This document shows positions 61,102 through 64,000 of a DNA stretch of 64,000 bases, piece after piece; the first letter of the stretch is position 1; every line of letters begins with the position of its first letter. The translations under genes were made by a program, and so were the position numbers. The DNA is from Amphiscolops sp. MND2022 (lineage: Eukaryota): assembly GCA_964187785.1 (NCBI GenBank), contig OZ076411.1:84816001-84880000 (forward strand). The letters are read 5' to 3'. The notes under the pieces were generated by a model. It was given only the letters and a program-made list of their open reading frames with translations. It was not told the DNA's origin and ran no database searches.

Positions 61102-62282
61102 ATAGCATATATTGCTCTCTAGAATTTCTAGCTTTCTTTGCTTTCTAGTAGTATGCATGAAGAAAGTCCGACTAATAATATTCGAATTGCTTCTGATCGG
61201 AAATTCATTTTGGGTAAGTTTAGAACATGTCTGATTTCAAACAAAGGTTTACAAATTGTGTCTGCCTTAAGAGAGTGATTAGTATTTATACCCTCTGAGG
61301 CATGACAATTGCATTTTTTACAAATCATCAGATCAATTTTTAACAAACACCAAACTCCATTATCACGAGACTGAGGGAGGGTACAGGAATTTGGACGGCA
61401 ATACATCTAAACCAATCACCTTGTTTACATATCAATATCAAATATCACCAAATACATCAAAGCTTTGCCGCACTTCAAATATCTTGAAATTGCAATCCAT
61501 GAAGGACACGTGCCTACTCGTGTGGCTGAGAAAATATCTAAGTCAACATAGCTTTACAACATCACGTTGAACAATCTTTCATGAAATTAGCCTAATCCGG
61601 CCATTTGACACATGAGCAACTTATGATACTTGTCCGATAAGTACATTATGAACTATTCTATCAAAATTAATCGTCAATGAATAGCAACTAATATAAGCAA
61701 GGGTAGTGGTTGGCCATGAATAATACTAAAATCATCATTAGCGGTTAATTAGGAGAGTGATTAGCATTACTTCAGTGCTTTACAATAAAATAGCCGGAAC
61801 CGGCCGTTCGACCAGCATTCCTTTCATGTATAGCGTAGCAGCGTCAAAAGGCCCTTTTCGGCCAATAATATGAAAGCATACAATTAGTACAGCAAATAGT
61901 GAAAAGTGATTGGTCCAAACGACGAGCGCAAGCATCGTTGCCGGAATAGCACTTTATCTCACTTGAACTCACTTCCTGTAATGTTGATCAGTTAGTTGCT
62001 TTTTACATCCTATTGTATCGTAAATTTATCACCATTTTGCTAATTCAAATTTTAGTTTGAGCAAATCAACTCCAATGTTAACAGACTAATAACAAAACAA
62101 TTTTAAATGAAGAATATCGTAACAAAGTATATCAATGTAAAAATAGGACAAATCCCAGTTTAGCTAAATGTTTATCGGTTTTTAATTTTAACTTTAGAAG
62201 TTCGGCAACCTGCCGGGTATATTTTCCTGTCCTTCAGCTGTGGTTGTTATTGACGTACCGTCATAGGCGGCAGCCTGCGACA
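61102..62282 (-). mobile_element. Solo LTR of an element-A-related family, proximal (U3) part
   Basis: Ends aggcggcagcctgcgaca exactly as A's LTR does. TATAAATA at 61290-61283. ATG at 61158 gives MHTTRKQ/KKARNSRE..MLSD, like MPSSRKQKAKERRSRQLDIMSD. Flanks CTCTC/CTCTG match 4/5. Confidence 0.75.
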
Positions 62283-63384
62283 CTCTGCAAATCAACAAAT
62301 TGGGCTTTTTGACAGAAAATACAATACCCTCGATAAACCGAGTTCAGATATACTTCGTCTTTTCGTCAAAACCAGCCACCAGACAAAAATAATAGATAAC
62401 TTAGTTAACTATCAAAAGAATCCTTTCTATAGTTAGAAGTCTGATTGAGCTAGTTCTTCTTTCAATAGAGTCAATTGCTAGCATCATCACCTGCAGTAAG
62501 GCGGCAGGTACAAAATGACAATCGAATTATTGTTTAAAAGGTGATTAACAAAAGCTGATTGACATTTTTTGATGTAGTCGCTTGATTTTCAGCGTCGCTT
62601 GCATTTTTTCGAGAATTACTGATCCTTGACCTTTATTTCCATGTTCGCCGAGCAAACTTGGTACTCTTAGTCTGAGAATTTCAGTTGGTACGTTCATAGA
62701 ACATGTTTAACTCAATTTTTCGGCATCTATTTTTCGCTCTCGAATCTAAAGATGTTTAATTGAATTTCTAGCGCATCAGAGAATCCTTTCTCTATGTAAT
62801 CACTTCTTTTCATTTGCAATGAAGAAAAGTTTACTATTGACTAGAAAATATATGCGTTAAATCATGCGTCACTAGAAAAAATTAATAACTTCACTAACTA
62901 GTCTACCACTTCAGACACGTCAAAAGGTTTAATCAGAGTTTATAACAGCTGAAACTTCAATCATGGGGACATCTGAGTTAACTGAGCAAGTATGCAAATT
63001 TTTCTCTAACTGTTTTTTTTTACAATCTTCAGTTTGAATTTTAACTGATCTAAGCTTCCACGTGAGAGATGAAACACTTTCAAAATTTTCGAAATTCGAA
63101 ATACTGAAAACTTTGAAATCATTGTTTTCACGAACTGATAATTTTCATGAAAACAGCTATGACGACATGACAATCACCATTTCACATGTAAGGAATTTTA
63201 GTGAAGGGCCCTTGCTTCGATTTCTTAGTCTTTTCAATAGTGACTTTTTTCCAATCCACACGAACTGACGAAAATAGTTCCACAAACTTCTAGAAAATTT
63301 TATGGTGTCAAATTGAACCATTTGCCCTATTGATCTGAACTAAAAAAGTTTTTTTTTCCGCGTAACATACAATTCCGTGCGAGA

Positions 63385-64000
63385 CTAAAAGGTCCCCCTT
63401 TCAGTTTTTTTTCGGGATTGTGAGACTTTTGTTTAAAAAAATCCCCAAAAGGCTCCCGGCTTCAATTTTTTGATGTTTTGCGACAGTATGGATGTTGCAA
63501 AATCCCAAAGAGTCCCCTTTCAGTTTTTTCGGCATTGTGATACTTCTGTTTTCGAAAAACAAATTTCCCCGAAGGGTTCCCCTTCATTTTTTGAAGTTTT
63601 GCTACAATGGATATTTAAAAAATCCGAGAGGGTCCCCCTTTTTAGCGGGACAGGGACCCGCGCTAGCGGGCCCCAGGCGCGTCGATTTGGTCCAACTTTT
63701 GGGTTTTCCGGGTACTGTAAAAAATACTTTCCACTTTGAAGTCCTTTTGCTTTTTTTGAGCCTTACATATGGCGCCGACTTATGCCGTTCCCGGCTTGTT
63801 CAATTATCTTATGTGATCTACGAAACTACTAGATACCAAACTCATTGAGTTTTTTCACCACTGTGCCTTGTTTCTTGAAAAAAAATTCTTAATTCCACCA
63901 AAGGTTAGTTGTCGACCTTGTGAGATTTCTCAGATTATCATAAACAAGCCGAGAACGGCCAAAGTCGGCACCATATCTAAGGCTCAAAATTGAAAAGGGG
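63385..64000. repeat. Two inverted copies of the ggtccccttt / gccgttcccggcttgtt dispersed repeat
   Basis: Terminus at 63771-63800 (+) faces 63943-63990 (-). The same family occurs at 33450-33604. Confidence 0.6.

Noticed and set aside
61128-61406. 92-aa Cys-containing ORF
   Set aside because: It lies in the promoter/5' UTR part of a decayed solo LTR and has no counterpart in the A LTR.

Overview
AT-rich eukaryotic genomic DNA of invertebrate type with spliceosomal introns; I found no prokaryotic features and no CRISPR. One host gene is present: a 3-exon, 147-aa calmodulin-like protein with four EF-hands (1760-1869, 8384-8537, 31135-31314, +). The rest is mostly Ty3/gypsy LTR retrotransposons. 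These are element A (9663-25498, -, TSD AATTG, inside host intron 2), element B (37541-43540, +, short LTRs, Mag-like, TSD GACGG), element C (45367-61096, -, TSD ATCAG) and two degraded solo LTRs from related families (25879-27691; 44904-62282, split by C). There is also a hAT-type MITE and several foldback repeats. The standout is that A and C, two diverged ~15.8 kb families, share an unusual four-gene layout. (i) gag starts inside the LTR and is translated through the primer-binding site. (ii) pol follows. (iii) A large intron-containing gene lies on the opposite strand. In C it is intact (7 exons, 1058 aa) and reads like a hAT-transposase-derived protein with a CX2CX16HX5H zinc finger but without the DDE residues. 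(iv) A divergently arranged acidic ORF with SUMO-interacting-like motifs runs across the PPT into the 3' LTR. Element A also carries many copies of a 13-bp palindrome (RGACC-N3-GGTCY), and C carries a different repeated motif. My inference is a family-specific DNA-binding protein and target-site system, possibly anti-silencing, carried by retrotransposons. Homology calls were made by eye, not by database search.
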